DNA of 64,000 nt from an uncultured Mycoplasmatota bacterium (lineage in GTDB: Bacteria > Bacillota_I > Bacilli_A > RF39 > UBA660): assembly GCA_947166445.1 (NCBI GenBank), contig CAMVED010000001.1:28368-92367 (forward strand), read 5' to 3'. The notes beneath the pieces are model-generated. The model searched no databases. It saw only the letters and a list, made by a program, of their open reading frames with translations, and was not told the origin of the DNA. A program made the position numbers and the translations under genes. Of the stretch, positions 63,830 through 64,000 are shown one piece after another; position 1 is the stretch's first letter; the number at the start of each line of letters is the position of its first letter.

Positions 63830-64000
63830 ATGAAAAAAATAATAATTAATGGAAATAATAAACTAAGTGGAACAATAAGAATAAGCGGAGCTAAAAATGC
63901 TGCTGTGGCCATTATCCCTGCTGCTATTTTAGCAGAGTCAGAAGCTACTATATGTAACGTTCCAGAGATATCAGATATTGAATCACTTGAAGAAATTCTA
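63830..64000 (+). CDS. murA: UDP-N-acetylglucosamine 1-carboxyvinyltransferase (5' partial)
   Basis: N-terminal [23 protein letters not shown]. Runs off the window end. Confidence 0.85.
   Translation, partial: MKKIIINGNNKLSGTIRISGAKNAAVAIIPAAILAESEATICNVPEISDIESLEEIL

Overview
This is an AT-rich chromosomal replication-origin region from a low-GC, endospore-forming Firmicute; roughly 30% GC is judged by eye. Sporulation genes present include spoVT, spoIIR, gerQ, bofA-like and ricT/yaaT. The origin lies between dnaA (21717..23099, - strand) and rpmH (23420..23545, + strand). Left of it, the genes run on the - strand: dnaA, dnaN, comK-like, recF, gyrB, gyrA, an SRP RNA, tadA, dnaX, ybaB, recR, bofA-like, holB, ricT, pth, mfd, spoVT and tatD. 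Right of it, the genes run on the + strand: rpmH, rnpA, yidC, jag, mnmE, mnmG, rsmG, noc-like, soj, spo0J, mscS, DUF951, ychF, rpsF, ssb, rpsR, nrnA-like, rplI, the dnaB helicase, walJ-like, rlmH, ung, rpoE, prfA, prmC, spoIIR and murA. So both replichores are transcribed co-directionally with replication. Both flanks of dnaA carry 9-bp DnaA-box variants (TTATTAACA / TGTTAATAA), and the dnaA-dnaN spacer has a (TTATTTTTA)3 AT-rich unwinding element. The standout observation is an array of 8 perfect parS palindromes (TGTTTCACGTGAAACA) within 1.2 kb between dnaX and gyrA. Three perfect Noc-binding-site palindromes (TATTTCCCGGGAAATA) are interleaved with it. The same window encodes Soj/ParA, Spo0J/ParB and a Noc-like ParB paralog that has a long low-complexity insertion. 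Other accessory or odd content: comK-like plus an unknown gene between dnaN and recF; two tandem TasA/camelysin-like secreted proteins; two tandem ATP-grasp paralogs between ychF and rpsF; two unknown ORFs inserted into the rnpA-rsmG operon; an in-frame TAG splitting a walJ-like metallo-beta-lactamase gene; and two large membrane proteins rich in repeats.
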